A stretch of DNA of 63,424 nt, filler included, from Choristocarpus tenellus KU-1152 (GCA_964200185.2; 12 parts of 12 records of this genome joined end to end with filler, not necessarily neighbours in it), one strand, 5' to 3'. Numbered from the whole stretch's first letter, positions 1 through 13,288 are shown. The notes: generated by a model not told the origin, from the letters alone. A program made the numbers and translations.

Positions 1-135
1 TCCTCAATCCCATCACCCTTTTGTGCATCACATGGCAGGGGGGAAAACAGACAAAAAATAAACAGGGTGGTATCGGGACTCTCGCCTTCCCCTCCTCTAG
101 CAACAAGATCTTTCGGTACGACTGATTCCACTCAC

Positions 136-2682
136 TAGTTGCAAGTCCATGACCAGCATGTGGGGGTAGGCGTTAAGGGCAGAGGTCAGCATCTTCTTCT
201 TCCCACTGGTGCTGCTACTTCCTCCACCACCGTCCAAATTCCACACCTTGGTGCTGGACCCACCAACCTTGCCGCCGCAAGTTATGCAACAAAAAATACA
301 GTTACGGAAAATGTATTCGCATCCAGTAGCACAAAACAGACAGGCACACACACACATAGACGTGTTGCGGGGGTGGGGTGTGGAGATGAGGGAGGGAGAG
401 ACGGCCGGAACGAACACTTCACTGATGTATACTCTGGTTAACATCTCTCCTTCATCAAGACATACCATACCTCCTGGAGAATATGATCAGTACCTCCTAT
501 TGGTTACATTTTGGGAAGGAGCAGCAGCAGGAGGGGTGAGCTATTCCAAGGTCAAGACTATGGACTCCACCTTGTGCCTAAATTGCGTCTGCTTACATCT
601 ACTCCCCAAAATCTATCAATGCGACAACACCAATCCCAGATACCCAAACTCTAACCTCTCACCTGTCCCCCTCTTGCCTTCCACCCCCCTCCTGCCCTTG
701 GGTGTTCAAAGGATGCTACTGGGTCATCTACTACCTCTTCATCTTCCTTCCCGTTCATGAATCCAAGTGCCGCCTTGAGCCTCCTAATGCGGCGCTCTAG
801 TGTCTCTGAGGGCTGCATCAGAATCTGTGGTGCCACCAAGACAACACGGTCTAGTCTGATAGCACCACATTTGATGAACAGGAAGGGGGGGGGGGAAGTG
901 ATCCACATTCAGGTATATCGGCTGTGTCAGGGACACAGCTTTCGATGTCAAGACACAGCACATGGATGCACCCCAGCACAACAACAACAAGAGATGAAAG
1001 TTAAGGAAGTCCAGGCTATGGCGACACAAGGCTAAGACAAGAGATGTGTGCATAGACCTCCTTGAACGTACATCTCCAAGGGAAGATTGTACTCCATATC
1101 CTTACTGTTATCTGCAGCATAGTGCACACATGCCTACCATGAGGATCAATACTCTTCTCCATCAACCTCCCTCCCTTCCCTCCCCTCCCCTCCCTCCTGT
1201 TCCCAAGCGATACTCACCGCACTCCTGGTGCTACTCTCTCCAGCACTGCCACAGCCTCCGTGACTTTCCTGGTCTCAAGGCGGGCTAGGAGTGGGACTTG
1301 ACAGATCAACTTCTGTGAGTGAAGGACAGGCAGGAGTGGGGGAGGTAGTTGGATACTGGGATGTCAGTGAGAACACCAAGGTGTTTTGTCTGTTCAACCA
1401 CCCCATCCATCCATCATCCCATGCAAACCATGCTACTATGTAGCACAAACTAGCAAGCCTGTTCTTACTCTCACCTGCCCTTCTCACAGTACTGACAAAT
1501 CACAGTGGTGCCTCCCATATTACATATTACATATTATACCACGCCTAAAAAAATGCTGCAATATCATTAATGGCTAGAAACCCCCCCCATTCAACTCAAG
1601 CAAGGCAAGCTCACATTCCCTCGACTAAACACCAACTCCAAGACTACTACAACCCACCACTACAGGTAGCAAGCAATAACTGCACCTGCACATTGCTGTC
1701 CGAGGGCACCAGCCTCCTCAACGCCTCCACTCTCCTCACCAAAACCTTCTCATGAAGCACCAACAGGCCAGCTGCGCCCCAAAGGAGGCGCCTGCTATCC
1801 CTCAGACCCGGGAGTACCTCCAAGAGGCCAGTCAGGCGTCTGCGGAGAGTAGACTCAACATCGAAAAGAAGTAGCTGAGGTTCTTTTGCCACCACCTGTG
1901 AGAAAAACGTGAAGGGGTTGTTTTCTATCCCACCCAATACACACACAATGATAGGGAGACGTTTCACTCAACCGGAGACTCCTCCTGGTTGATTTTCAGG
2001 CGCATTACTTGTTTGCCTTAGGCCAGTACTACACTTCGAGTCTATGCTGCTTACTGCTTCTTGCCATACAGTTCAAGTGGGGAAAATTATGGATGATTGG
2101 GGGAGGAAAACCTCAACCATTCAGTTCTGCACCGTTGGGATAAGCTATTAATAGGTTTTCTGACTTGTACACGTAATCCCCCCTTTGGCCTGTTCATTGG
2201 TGTCTCGAACCTACATTGATGGTGGTTGTGGGAATGTTGGTAGGACAGCGTGCCTGTCCTGAAAAACATGCAGCTTTATGCCAGCACAGAGGGGTCAGCT
2301 TACCCAAACATTTCACTGTTACCGATAGGTTGCCTGATCACAACTATCAGCAGACAGCACATAGATAATGTCTCACCACGAGATCTGGAAGGGTAGCAAA
2401 ATAAGACGTACCAATGCACTGAAAAAAAATTATTTCCCCCACCTGATAAGTGTACAGCATTGCCCCACCCCCTGCTGGCGTCCCATGGTCCCAACGACCT
2501 GTTTCCCACCCATTGTTCACTATTTCAGACGAGTTTCCATTGCCTCCTATTGCCCCCCATTCCCTGTCTCTGGCTACTGCTGACATTTCCCCATTGACAG
2601 TATCCTCCCTCAAGTCTGATCTGGTCTCCTCTGCCCCCTGTATACAACCTGCAGCCACTCCCTCCAGGAGTCCAGATATTGC
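136..2682 (-). CDS. Partial spliced gene, mTERF-repeat-like protein (exons 2443-2682, 1686-1895, 1218-1312, 663-855, 136-267)
   Basis: Five exons with AG/GT boundaries join in frame (phases 0,0,2,0,0). Repeated units VVAKEPQLLLFDVESTLRRRLTGLLEVLPG, LICQVPLLARLETRKVTEAVAVLERVAPG, VVLVAPQILMQPSETLERRIRRLKAALG and ALNAYPHMLVMD fit the mTERF repeat pattern. Both gene ends lie outside the fragment. Confidence 0.6.
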
Positions 2683-3176
2683 CTGAATTCAACAGGTACA
2701 GTTAGTCCGAGGGAGGAAAGGAATGGGGAAGGGGTAGGCACAATGGGGCAAGTGGAGACAGGGTAATCAAAGTGATTCACTGCAGGATGAGGAAAGGGGG
2801 GGAGTTGAGAAGAGGGCATGTGCTGTACCTGATAGAGGGATGGCATGGACGGGGAGGGGGGCAGCATGTTGGGGCAAGTCGATGATGTGAGACAGATCAA
2901 GTGAAGTGATACATGGTGGCGTGGGGTAAGGGAGGGGAGATTGTGGAAAAAGTGGAGTATGTTTGATGCCTGTCATGTCCACTCTTTGCAAAATTGATGT
3001 TTAGCTTGCCGGACGTGCCCATGGGAGATGAGCGTAATTAATAATGACAAGCGAGGTCCTGGTTCCAAGAATGTATAGGGGTTTGAGTAATTTTGGAAAG
3101 AACAAGGGCAAGTGCTAAGACGCACAAGACAATGGACCTGTTCCCTTCCTTCATGCGCCCCCTAACCTAGACACAC

Positions 3177-3276
3177 NNNNNNNNNNNNNNNNNNNNNNNN
3201 NNNNNNNNNNNNNNNNNNNNTTAATTAATTAANNNNNNNNNNNNNNNNNNNNNNNNNNNNNNNNNNNNNNNNNNNN
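3177..3276. other. Artificial contig linker N44-TTAATTAATTAA-N44 (also 6422-6521, 13985-14084, 18503-18602, 21295-21394, 27238-27337, 32187-32286, 37647-37746, 48684-48783, 56891-56990, 60734-60833)
   Basis: Eleven identical 100-nt spacers carrying stop codons in all six frames. Confidence 0.98.
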
Positions 3277-4852
3277 CCAAATGGACACCTTGGTGTAGAC
3301 CCCCCCCCCTTCCCAGATACTTTGGGTCTCGAATGCTCCTCGCAGTTGTTGCAGGATAAACATACGAGCTAAGGTTTAACCCTTACTTGAAATTTGGTAG
3401 CTAGGGAATAGGACAAGCCCCGTGGTCCAGAATTCATGAATATAAGTCTTTGTTACTAAGATGCTTCATGATCAAGTGATCAAGTAGATAGTCTCGGGTA
3501 ATGTGGTCCGAGTAGGGTGGGGTCAAAATACTCATGTCACATCCGTTGCTGGTTTATCCTTATGAGAGTCGAAACAATAAGGCAGACCTCCATACCCTCG
3601 CACTTACAAACTGCGTTAGACCTAGGTGAAAACTTGAAATGTTTTTGTGGACATCAACCTCCTATCCTCCTTGTACTCGTCATCTTGGGTAAAAAAATAC
3701 GATGATGGCAGGTCTAGTCCAGGTTTACGTTTATGACCGTCTTCCAACCACCTCGAGTTTAAGCGAACGTCCAAGGATACATATTCCCTTTGTTGGGGCT
3801 CAGGATCTGCAAATTTTGGGAAATTGGGTTATCCTCCCTCTCAACCTACGCTTCCCTGATGGTGCTATATTTCTCCAAGTCTTCTTGTCTTTCTGACCGG
3901 GGTCAATAATCTTAGAAGTTGATTGCGCTTTCTTCTTGTCAACCATCTTGACTTGGTCGTACACACCTCTAGCAACCCTCCAACACATACCTGCACGAGT
4001 AACACTATTATACCCCCTGACTCTGTGTGATTGGGTGTGATGAGATCCACCAAAGATGAGCTTCAGGAGGGAAGTGAGAGACGGGACTGAGGCATCGTCG
4101 GCATACGTTGACACCATCACAATCGCATGTTGATTTTCTTCATTGTTGTGATTGATTGGTTGGGACCAGCACAGAAAAAACAATACTGGAAGTTAATATA
4201 ATATTATAGATTTAGAGTTTGGTTTTGTTGGTTTGACTTTTTCCCTTACACGCCTCCAACATTTTGGAGTTTGTTGATTTGAATTCACCGTTCATGTTGG
4301 GGTTACTGTGAGATAGTCGTGAGTCTGACCTATACTATATCTCTAATATCAATTAGTATTTGGATCCTAAAACGGGACCCTCTGTCTGACAGTAACATCA
4401 ACAATCATCACAATAATATTAACAATATGGTATAAATATAATACTAAATCTTCAAATACAAACCACTAATTGCAGATTCTCAGTTCCCACATTTCCCCGC
4501 AAATAACGAGTTCTTAGTATAACTGTTGAATGTAACCCATGATAGAATATAAGTAGAACATGAATAAATGTGATACAATTCGATACTCTCATATTTGAAA
4601 CAAATACACCAAAAAACTTCGAAGAAAATATTTATCAAAAATTTCAGTACAACTAAATAATCTATTCTACTCATCATATCTATCTACTGCACATATATTC
4701 TGAAAATGAAATGCAACCATACAAGAAATACCTGTGAATAAAACGCCAATTCAAAAAATTGATGTCCTCTATTCTAGGCATATTTTGAGATGAGTAATGA
4801 ATCCAGTAACCACCTTTCCATGGAATGGAACATGAAGAAAACGATATTTGAC

Positions 4853-4898
4853 TTCTCCTGACACATCTGCAAAATGTCAGAGAGCATAATAAAATAAT
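4853..4898 (+). mobile_element. Family C short copy
   Basis: CTGACACATCTGCAAAATGTCAGAGAGCATAATAA. Confidence 0.8.
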
Positions 4899-7800
4899 AT
4901 TTGACTTTAGAAATTATAATCTATGCAATTGGAGAAATCAATTAATCTATCTTCACTATTTGTAGAATAAATAGATAAATAGAATATACATATTATTTCC
5001 TACACTTCAAAAAAGTTACATTTTTGTTTCCAAAAAAACGTCTCAAAATAGAGGTCGTTGAGAGATCGTTACTACCATAACCCTTTATTGTGGTGCTGTC
5101 TTCTGATAGTCACCCCCTTCCTCACGATCAACCTTACTATCACTACTTGTAGAAAATAATACTTCCAGTAGCTCATCTCTTCCATCCTTTTTGTCAAGGT
5201 ATCAACAACATCCCCCTGCTCTCCTATTTGTAGCCATTCCTGCGCCCTAGTGATGCTGTTGCTGGTCGGAAGTTCACCAGCCTTCATCTATCTGAAAGTT
5301 GTCCAATACCTCTCTACCAAATCATTCTTACAGTCTCCCTCACCCTCAATATCTGCACCGAGTGAATTTTTGGCAAGGAGTTTCTAACTTAGTCTCGAGG
5401 CTAAATGACATAATTATGTCTTCGGTCACCAAAAGACTAGGTCTCCTGGCCTCCTCAACAAAGCCTGTGACCATGCTATCCACCCGATCCCAGAGGGAGG
5501 ATACAAAAGCAGTCAGTAATGTCTTCGTGGCAATGTGGCAATTAATGTATATCTTCACATGAGGTATATTAGCAGTTGGACAGCAGCCACAAGGCTCAAA
5601 CATTATAGTCGTGAGTCAAACGAATTGAGAGGTAGGCAGGTTTGGACTCCTTTTACGTTCTAAGCCATTGTTCTTATCCTGTGCAATACAAAAAATATAT
5701 ATTGCTTTATGTGCACGATAGTGTCCGCAAAAATTGATATTTCCCTTTTCCACACACGAAGTGACACCACATTTCAGCAAGGGCTCTTTCAAGTGTACAA
5801 AATGGCATATTTTCCCCCTTTCTTGGGGATCCTAAAAAGGCAATCCTGACTACCTCTCGGTTAGACTTGCAAGGACCAACTTCTGGAGCTCTTTCTTGCC
5901 TGATTACTCTAGTTCGTTTGATGGTCCTCTCACCAAGGACATATATCACTCCACTTTGCTGACTTGGTTCATCTTGTGTCCAGGTAAGCAAGTCCAGTAC
6001 TCTGCCTTTCTGGGCCAAAATAATCGGCTTTATTTGTAGGCACCACCTGATGGGTCCTTATGCTGAGCCAAAGTAAACGATATATACCGAGGATTGCATT
6101 ATACGGATGTCGACAATTTTGTGCGAAATTATTTTTTTTTTGTTCAAAATGTGTGTAGGGACTTTTCTGAACTCTTATGAAATTTTTCAAAAATAGAGAA
6201 ATCAACGCTCTCGAGTCAATCTTAGCACCCTTTTCCCATAGAGGATCAAATTATCTGGGGGGGGGAGGTGTCGACGTCCGTTTTTCACCCTTTTTTCGAT
6301 TTTCACTTTTTGGTGTGATTTGGTCGCGCGTGTCGGATTTGAAATGTCAGCAAAAAAAATAGTTATTTCACCGAAACGGAAAACCCCACAAACAACAAAC
6401 CCCACACCCCCCCCTACAATCNNNNNNNNNNNNNNNNNNNNNNNNNNNNNNNNNNNNNNNNNNNNTTAATTAATTAANNNNNNNNNNNNNNNNNNNNNNN
6501 NNNNNNNNNNNNNNNNNNNNNCCCTCCAAGGACCCAGGTTGCTTACCTTCCAGTTGTTGCCAACCACGCTCACCGACCGTGCCCCTCACACTCCACATGA
6601 ATGCTGCCTACCTACTTCTGATACTGTTTGTTACTGCAGATCATCCTCCGCAAGGTGTCTTCAGCAGGGGACATCGTACTATGGGCGGGCTCAGACGGAA
6701 GGGCAGATGGTTGTGCTGTCGCTTGGTAGGGTAGCAAGCACATTCTGAGACTACTACTGCTAAGTAGCAGCGCGAATCAGGGGATGCAGGAGATCAGATC
6801 GGTGGAGGGGGTTAGGGAGGAGTTTTTTGTTGACGTGTAGGATGTTCCTAAATTACAGGAAGGGGTTTTAGATGGGGAATGAGGCGATGGTGATGGTGTT
6901 CAGATGGCAATGCTTGTGCAGTGAATGATGGAATGCCATAGGGTCTCAAGATTTGGAAAGGGGTGACAATGTGCAGGGGGTCGATTTAGTGAAAGAAAAT
7001 GGTGGTTGAGATTATGCTACTGAAGCACAGTGCATTGGACGATTTGGTTGACCGTTTTGTTCCTCACCTAAAGGCTTGGCCTCTCGAAAAGGGGTAAGGG
7101 GTATTTCCCCTCTCCATAGCGTCTGAATGTAAGGTTAGGGTTAGCTGGGAATTGATTGATTTGAGTTTTAATTATCTTGAGGAGTGCTTTGCTCTACCAC
7201 CTTGTCCTACGACTGATTTCATAGTGCTTTGCAGGCATAGGAAAAATGTAGATGGCAGGTGCAGAAGGGGCAGGCAAGATGTGCAAAAGGTGTCAAGGCA
7301 TTGATGGCATTCGAGAATAGAATCATGGAGTGCTTCATAGACTAACAATATCGACAGGTTGGGAAAAGGCTGCGTGTTGATGAGCTTAGAAGAGGTTGAG
7401 TGCATGATGGACTCAGAGGCGTGCTGTACAGAAGAGTGAGAATGGGGTGGGTGGGGGAGAGGAGTACCGTGATGTGCTGGATATGTGAATGTGTGCAGAG
7501 CAACTGAATGGTTTTGTACTTGAGGATAAGGCATATTTCCACGTACATAGAGATCAGTTTCCATCATCCTTGCTTTGCTATTTTTTGTCCACTAGTTGAG
7601 AAATCCCATTTGCCCATGAGTTACATCCATATCCCAAATATTATGCGTGATGGGGTGCTTTTTTAAAGACGGTTTAACTTTCTGTTCATAAACCAGCTTT
7701 TTTGTATTCAGATTAGTTTTATTGCAGGAGAGGTTGATTGGTAGTATTGTTGAAGAAGAAGGGGTGGAAGTATGGTAGTGTTTAGCATGCACACACTCAG

Positions 7801-8258
7801 GGAACAATCAGGGTAGTGCAAGGACACCCCGTAGGGAGCGACAATCAACTTCAGAGGGTGGCTAGTCCCATCTCTTCTTCCAAGAAAACTTTTAAATTAA
7901 TGTTTTAATTGCTACTGAAAAGTGTACAGGTTTTTTAATGTATCTTTTGCAGACAACACTTACACAGAGAATGGAGAACGCTTTTAAAATCGTGTTCTGG
8001 AGTGGTATTATTATGAAGTTCTTGATGCAAGGGGAAAAGCGCTAAAGTAAATAAGAGATACCCAGGAGCATTGATTTATCTGTTGCTTGAATTCTTTTTG
8101 ACAGAATTCAGAAAAGTCCATACACAAGCATTTGTACAAAAAGCCAATTTTGCGCATCACATTTGACATCCTTAAAAAAGTATTTCTAGGCACCTCTCAT
8201 CTATTTTGGCTCAAAACAGTTGAGCGAAAGTGGCTTTACTACAATCAGTTATTTCACA

Positions 8259-8435
8259 GGGTCAAAGTATCTGGGGGGGGTGTCGGCTGTCCATTTGGGA
8301 CCAATTGTTTCATATCGCGATTTTTGGGTGATTTGGTTCCATACATTGGATGGATAGTTAAAGTGCACTTTTCGTGGTTTGGTCCAAATGGACACTCTGG
8401 TGTAGACCTCCACCCCCCCTAAGATACTTTGGGTC
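8259..8435 (+). mobile_element. MITE family A, complete copy (~177 bp)
   Basis: TIR GGGTCAAAGTATCT-G(n)...C(n)-AGATACTTTGGGTC, flanked by ACA/ACA. The same body occurs at 53348-53528 (inverted), 13289-13456 and 27041-27237. Confidence 0.85.
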
Positions 8436-8787
8436 ACAGAGATACACCTTCCTGTAGAGTACTGCTGTCATAGTGTAAGATATTAGGTAAATAATTTTTT
8501 TTTTAATCTTAAAATCTCTGGTCATGTGGGCAAATTATGCTATGATACCAAATCCTGTGCTTGGCTGGATGTTGTATAAATGCTTTTTTTTTATAAGAGT
8601 CTGCTACAGAGGAGGGAGAGGTATTCATTGACTCAAGGACACCTCGACAAGATTAGGAAGTATGGGAAATGGGAATGTGTGCTTTTCGTGTATCATCAGT
8701 AGTAGTAGTAGTTCACGTAAATGCATATCATTGTGGATGGATTCTGTTCGCATAGGGACATGCGTTGTAGTAATGTATACAACATAT

Positions 8788-11700
8788 TTTATTCTTATGC
8801 TCTCTAACATCTTGTAGATGTGTCAGGGGAAAAACCAATGAAAACTATTCACATGTCACACACTCAATTTTGTTAGTACGCATGAAGTAATGAAATATCT
8901 TTGTAGCAAGATAGTGTGACTAGAACGATTCATGAGTGATGGATAAGAATATTAGAAAATCGTGATGTTCGAGTGCTGTTCTAGGAAATATATTGTTTGC
9001 TAATTTCTAAGATTGTTTGCTAGGATGATTATGGAGGGTAGGTCAACACCCCCCCCGTTGTGTAGGTAAAGAGTCACTCTTGGTCGTAAATCAATAATAG
9101 AGCAGATGCTATACCATCATCTTCTTTGTGTTGAGTAAGTAGACTCTGGTGGCGCACGAACAGATTCAAATCAATGCATTTGTCAGGGAACTGTTTTATA
9201 TATTTCACAGATACGAAAGTGGTACATACAAATACTTGTCCATGCCTTGCAGACTGGTAGTCGTACAAAAATGTTTTTATTATTATACCCTCTCACATTT
9301 TTCACATGTATGTGTCAGGGGAAAAATCAATAAAAACTATTCACATGTCAGAATAAACCCTAAAAAGTAACAGTTGTCATAAACGTGAAAAATATTAATC
9401 TATTCACTCTTTTACTGCCAGATAATATGCTACAACACTGTTCCCTTCCTGTTGTGCCTCTAACCTAGCTTAGTCCTGTACTCCATGGTGAGGGGCTAGG
9501 GAGGCATCTCACGAATCTAACAAGCCCCTCCTTGCCCCTCCAGCTTAAAGCGCATGACCCGTCTGGATAGGGCTACCTGTCTTGTGACAGAAACTATCTG
9601 TCGTAGACGACAAATATTTGCAAACGTTTCCCAAAAGAAAAGTTGTACCGACAAATATTTGTGCATATTTTGGTCGTACCCATACGCAAATGTAAACATA
9701 CCGAATCATATACAAGTACATGCTTTAAATTTTAAAAAGTGAATTTAACCACCCAACATAACCCACTACAGACATGATAGAAAAATGTCTTTGACATATT
9801 TACGACAACTGTTACTTTATTAGGGGTTATCTGGATGGTTTTTCATTGGTTTTTCCCCTGAGACACCCCGAAAATGTCAGACGGCGTAATAATAAAATAA
9901 TGGTAGCCAAGATATTTTGGGACTTCCAAGATGTGTTAGTTTAGAAAGGGGGGTGATATTTTTAATACTATCATACAACAGGGAACGAAGCAATTGGAGT
10001 AGTACTAGTAGAAGTAATAGTAATAGTAATAGTAATAATGGAGGGTTTGTACAGAATATTTTTCCCTATTAAATTACAACCGAAGATTTGTACACAAATG
10101 TTCTTTGCTATCAAATCACAAAGTAAGATTTATACGCCATAGTTTTTTCTCGTAAATTACAAGGTAAGATTTGTACATCAAAAATACACAATCATCTTCC
10201 CTCAGCACATAAGAACGAACCATACATTCATGTTGATAAAATGGTGAGTGATAGGTACCTAAAAAACATTTTCATGGTAAACAACCGTCATATCAACAAA
10301 AAATCAAGAATTGTACATAATTCCTCAAAATTGAGTTGTACTCACTACATGGTTTGTGGTACAAGATTCCTGCCCAGAAATTATTTTACATCTTTACTGG
10401 TCCTTAAGTGTTCAAAAAAAAAATGTGTATATATTTTTCTTCTGATTTGTGAAGTAAAAATGAGTTAGATAATGATTCATCCCACGTGTGTAATGCTTAC
10501 TTCAAAGAAAGGAATAATAGTTGTGAATACGCTGAAATAATTACATCTATTTAGTTGGTGAGTGGAAATTCGGACTAACATAGGGTGGAGAATGAAGGGA
10601 AAAAACGTTTTTTGTATCTTTTTGAATGCTTTCTGTTGTGACGATAGCAAAAACCGACTCTGGAGCGTAAAGTCGCGTTTATTTCAAGTACGGTTGTGAC
10701 TATTGAAGATTGATATAAAAAGTAAATGATAGTATCAATCAGATTAACTTTTTAGAAGAAAATGGAAATTGAATGTTATTATGTTGTAGGTATTCCTGCA
10801 ACCTCTCTCATTTTTTCCATAGACAATTTAATGATCAAATAAATATTATTATTATTATGCCCTCTGATATTTTGGAGATGTGTCAGGGGGAAAACAAATG
10901 AAAACTATACATAATATGTCAGTATAAGCCCTGAAGAAATAAAATATCATAAATGTGAATATAATATCATTAAGTCTTCATTGGTTTCCCCCCTGACACA
11001 TCTGCAAAATGTCAGAGGGCATAATAATATGTTTTCCCCCGACACATCTGTAAAATGTCAGAGGGCATAATAATAAAAATAATATATAATATTATTATAC
11101 CCTCTAACGCTTTACAGATTTGCAGGGAAAAGGTCAATTCAATACCGTAAGGACCTTTGTTAAAGTAACAGTTGTCGTAAATGTGATAGATCTCTCTCCA
11201 AAATCTATTTACTATTTGACTACCAGCTGAACACTGCTGCTATCTATGCCTCCAACCCAACTTAGAGCAGCCTATTTCAAAAATTGAGGATGGGCTTGAC
11301 CCAAAATTCACTGGGATAAAGTGTCGATATGATTTTTTTTTATATCAGCGGCTCCATCCTCAATTTTTGAAATCGGCTGTTTTAGTCCTACACCACACAC
11401 AGAGCCATAATAATAATATATATAAAGACACATATATTGACACATCTCCAAAAGGTCAGAGGGCATAATAATAAAATAATAGATAGAAAGCAGGGTTGTC
11501 TGTTATCATACTGTTGTTGTAGTATGCCTTATATCGACATACCGATCAAGGTTCTTTTCTGAGAACTTTTGTTAACTGTGGAGGATCTTGGGAAGGATAG
11601 GTTGTGACTTCCTGTGACATCTCTTCATAGTAAACTTGTCCTCTCCGTTACGCTCGTCTTGGTCCGTTTTGCGTAATGATTTCTCTTCGCCACCCTTGTC

Positions 11701-12215
11701 TGAGTGAACTGTACCCCAACGGGAAAAAAGTCACACCATTCACAAATAATTACAATAATAAACAGAATAAACAGAATAAAAAAATAATAAACAGAATTTG
11801 TACGGAAATCGAAAAATAAAACAAAATTGGTCACCTCGCAAATACTGGTGACTGCATTTCTAATAGGATAAAAAGATACATACATACATATATATATGTA
11901 TATACACAAAATTTCTCTGTTACTTTTATATAGGAGTATTCCTTCCGATTAAAGTTTTGGTTTTTCCCTGACATACATGGAAAATGTTAGGGGGTAAAAT
12001 AATATAATCTTCTCTAAACTTCCAACAAGTCGCTTCAATTTTATTATGTCCTCTGACTTTTTGGAGATAGATAGATGTGTCAGGGGGGAAACAAAGTCGC
12101 TTCAATCCTCTCGTATTGTACCAAAGACAGACCAAAACAAATAGGACATGTGAATAGTTTTCATTAGTTTTTTCCCTGACACATCTGCAAAATGTCAGAG
12201 GGCATAATAATAAAA
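8788..12215. mobile_element. Cluster of ~11 copies of repeat family C (stem-loop + (TAA)n-tailed retroposon; SINE-like or 5'-truncated LINE ends)
   Basis: Core TAGTTTTCATTGGTTTCCCCCTGACACATCTGCAAAATGTCAGAGGGCATAATAATAA at about 8788-8858(-), 9274-9480(-), 9790-9900(+), 10844-10960(-), 10973-11029(+), 11031-11085(+), 11090-11395(-), 11438-11480(+), 11957-12008(+), 12040-12093(-) and 12146-12215(+). The 12040-12093 copy has a 13-bp TSD AAGTCGCTTCAAT. Confidence 0.85.
11265..11381. mobile_element. Tourist/PIF-Harbinger-like MITE (~117 bp) inserted in a family C copy
   Basis: ~29-bp TIR GAGCAGCCTATTTCAAAAATTGAGGATGG / CCATCCTCAATTTTTGAAATCGGCTGTT; TTA on both sides; uninterrupted site CTTAGTCC in the paralogous copy near 9468-9478. 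Confidence 0.75.
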
Positions 12216-12911
12216 ATAGGAGAGCGAACCTCTCTCGTTATGAAAGCAACGTTTTTGGAGTGTGGCGGTGAGGTAGGATATGAAATCGTGAAGGCTTAAG
12301 TTGAAGGACCTATGTTTTGGTTTTAAATCAGACAACAATATGGATGTTGAGCTCTACATATAATCATGAAAAGGGAACGCTCTTCCATGTGATACCTGAA
12401 CTGTGAAGTAATTAGTTGGGTTTACAGTTCACTCAGGAAAAAGAAGGGTTATAAGGTCCACTCAAACAACCCGATATTGAGGTCATCAGGAAGAAAATAC
12501 TGATGTCAAATGAGGAAACAGACATTGAGATACATCTTCTAAAGGAAGGGTACTGTAAAGGTATACCCTGACCAGAACGTGGCTATCACATTACAGGGTT
12601 GAATGTTTGGGAAATGAGGTTGAAGTTGTGGTTAGATAATTTGGTCGAGTGAAGGTGTGTTGCATTGCCAAAGTTGTTGTGCGGTCTTCTTTCTCGGATG
12701 TATGCGCTGTTGACGCAGGGTTGTTGAACTTAATGTTATTTGGCAGTTAGTTGTAGAATGTATAGGTTAGTTGAAGTAAGCGGAGAACGAAATTCCAGAA
12801 GTTCAACATTCAACACGATCATTTGTTCGCCTGGTATGCGAGCAGGGACGACCTTGTAGTCTTGGGTTAAGTTGTTACCAAGGGTAGGGGACGAGACAAA
12901 CGCAAAGTAAA

Positions 12912-13168
12912 GAGTAGAAGTATCTTAGAGGGTATGAGTATTGCCCTGTTTGTCCGTTTGGGGCCTAGCTTCCCATGGGTTCTTTACGACATTTTCCTAC
13001 TCCGAAATGTTTCAGAGCAGATAAAATGTATACGATATGAAAACGTTTGTCCGGAACAAGGGTATTGACACTTCCTAACAAACACGATAGCCAAAATTAC
13101 ATCAAAATCGCAACAGTGGATTTTGACCCCCAACGGACGCGGCTCTACCCTCTAAGATACTTGGACTC
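12912..13168 (+). mobile_element. MITE family B (~257 bp)
   Basis: TIR GAGTAGAAGTATCTTAGAGGGTA...TACCCTCTAAGATACTTGGACTC; body shared with 45008-45266 and 46675-46932. Confidence 0.85.
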
Positions 13169-13288
13169 AAATACAGTCTCACAACCACCAAAAACATTAT
13201 TAGTACTGACCCACTATGACTTGATCAGAGCCAGGAAAATACAAAGATTCCCCAACGTAATAGAAGCAGGAGTGGAAAGGTAACGCCA

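Noticed and set aside
10973-11085. Family C as a hammerhead ribozyme/retrozyme or Helitron end
   Set aside because: No CUGANGA...GAAA core on either strand; long TSDs and a (TAA)n tail argue against a Helitron.
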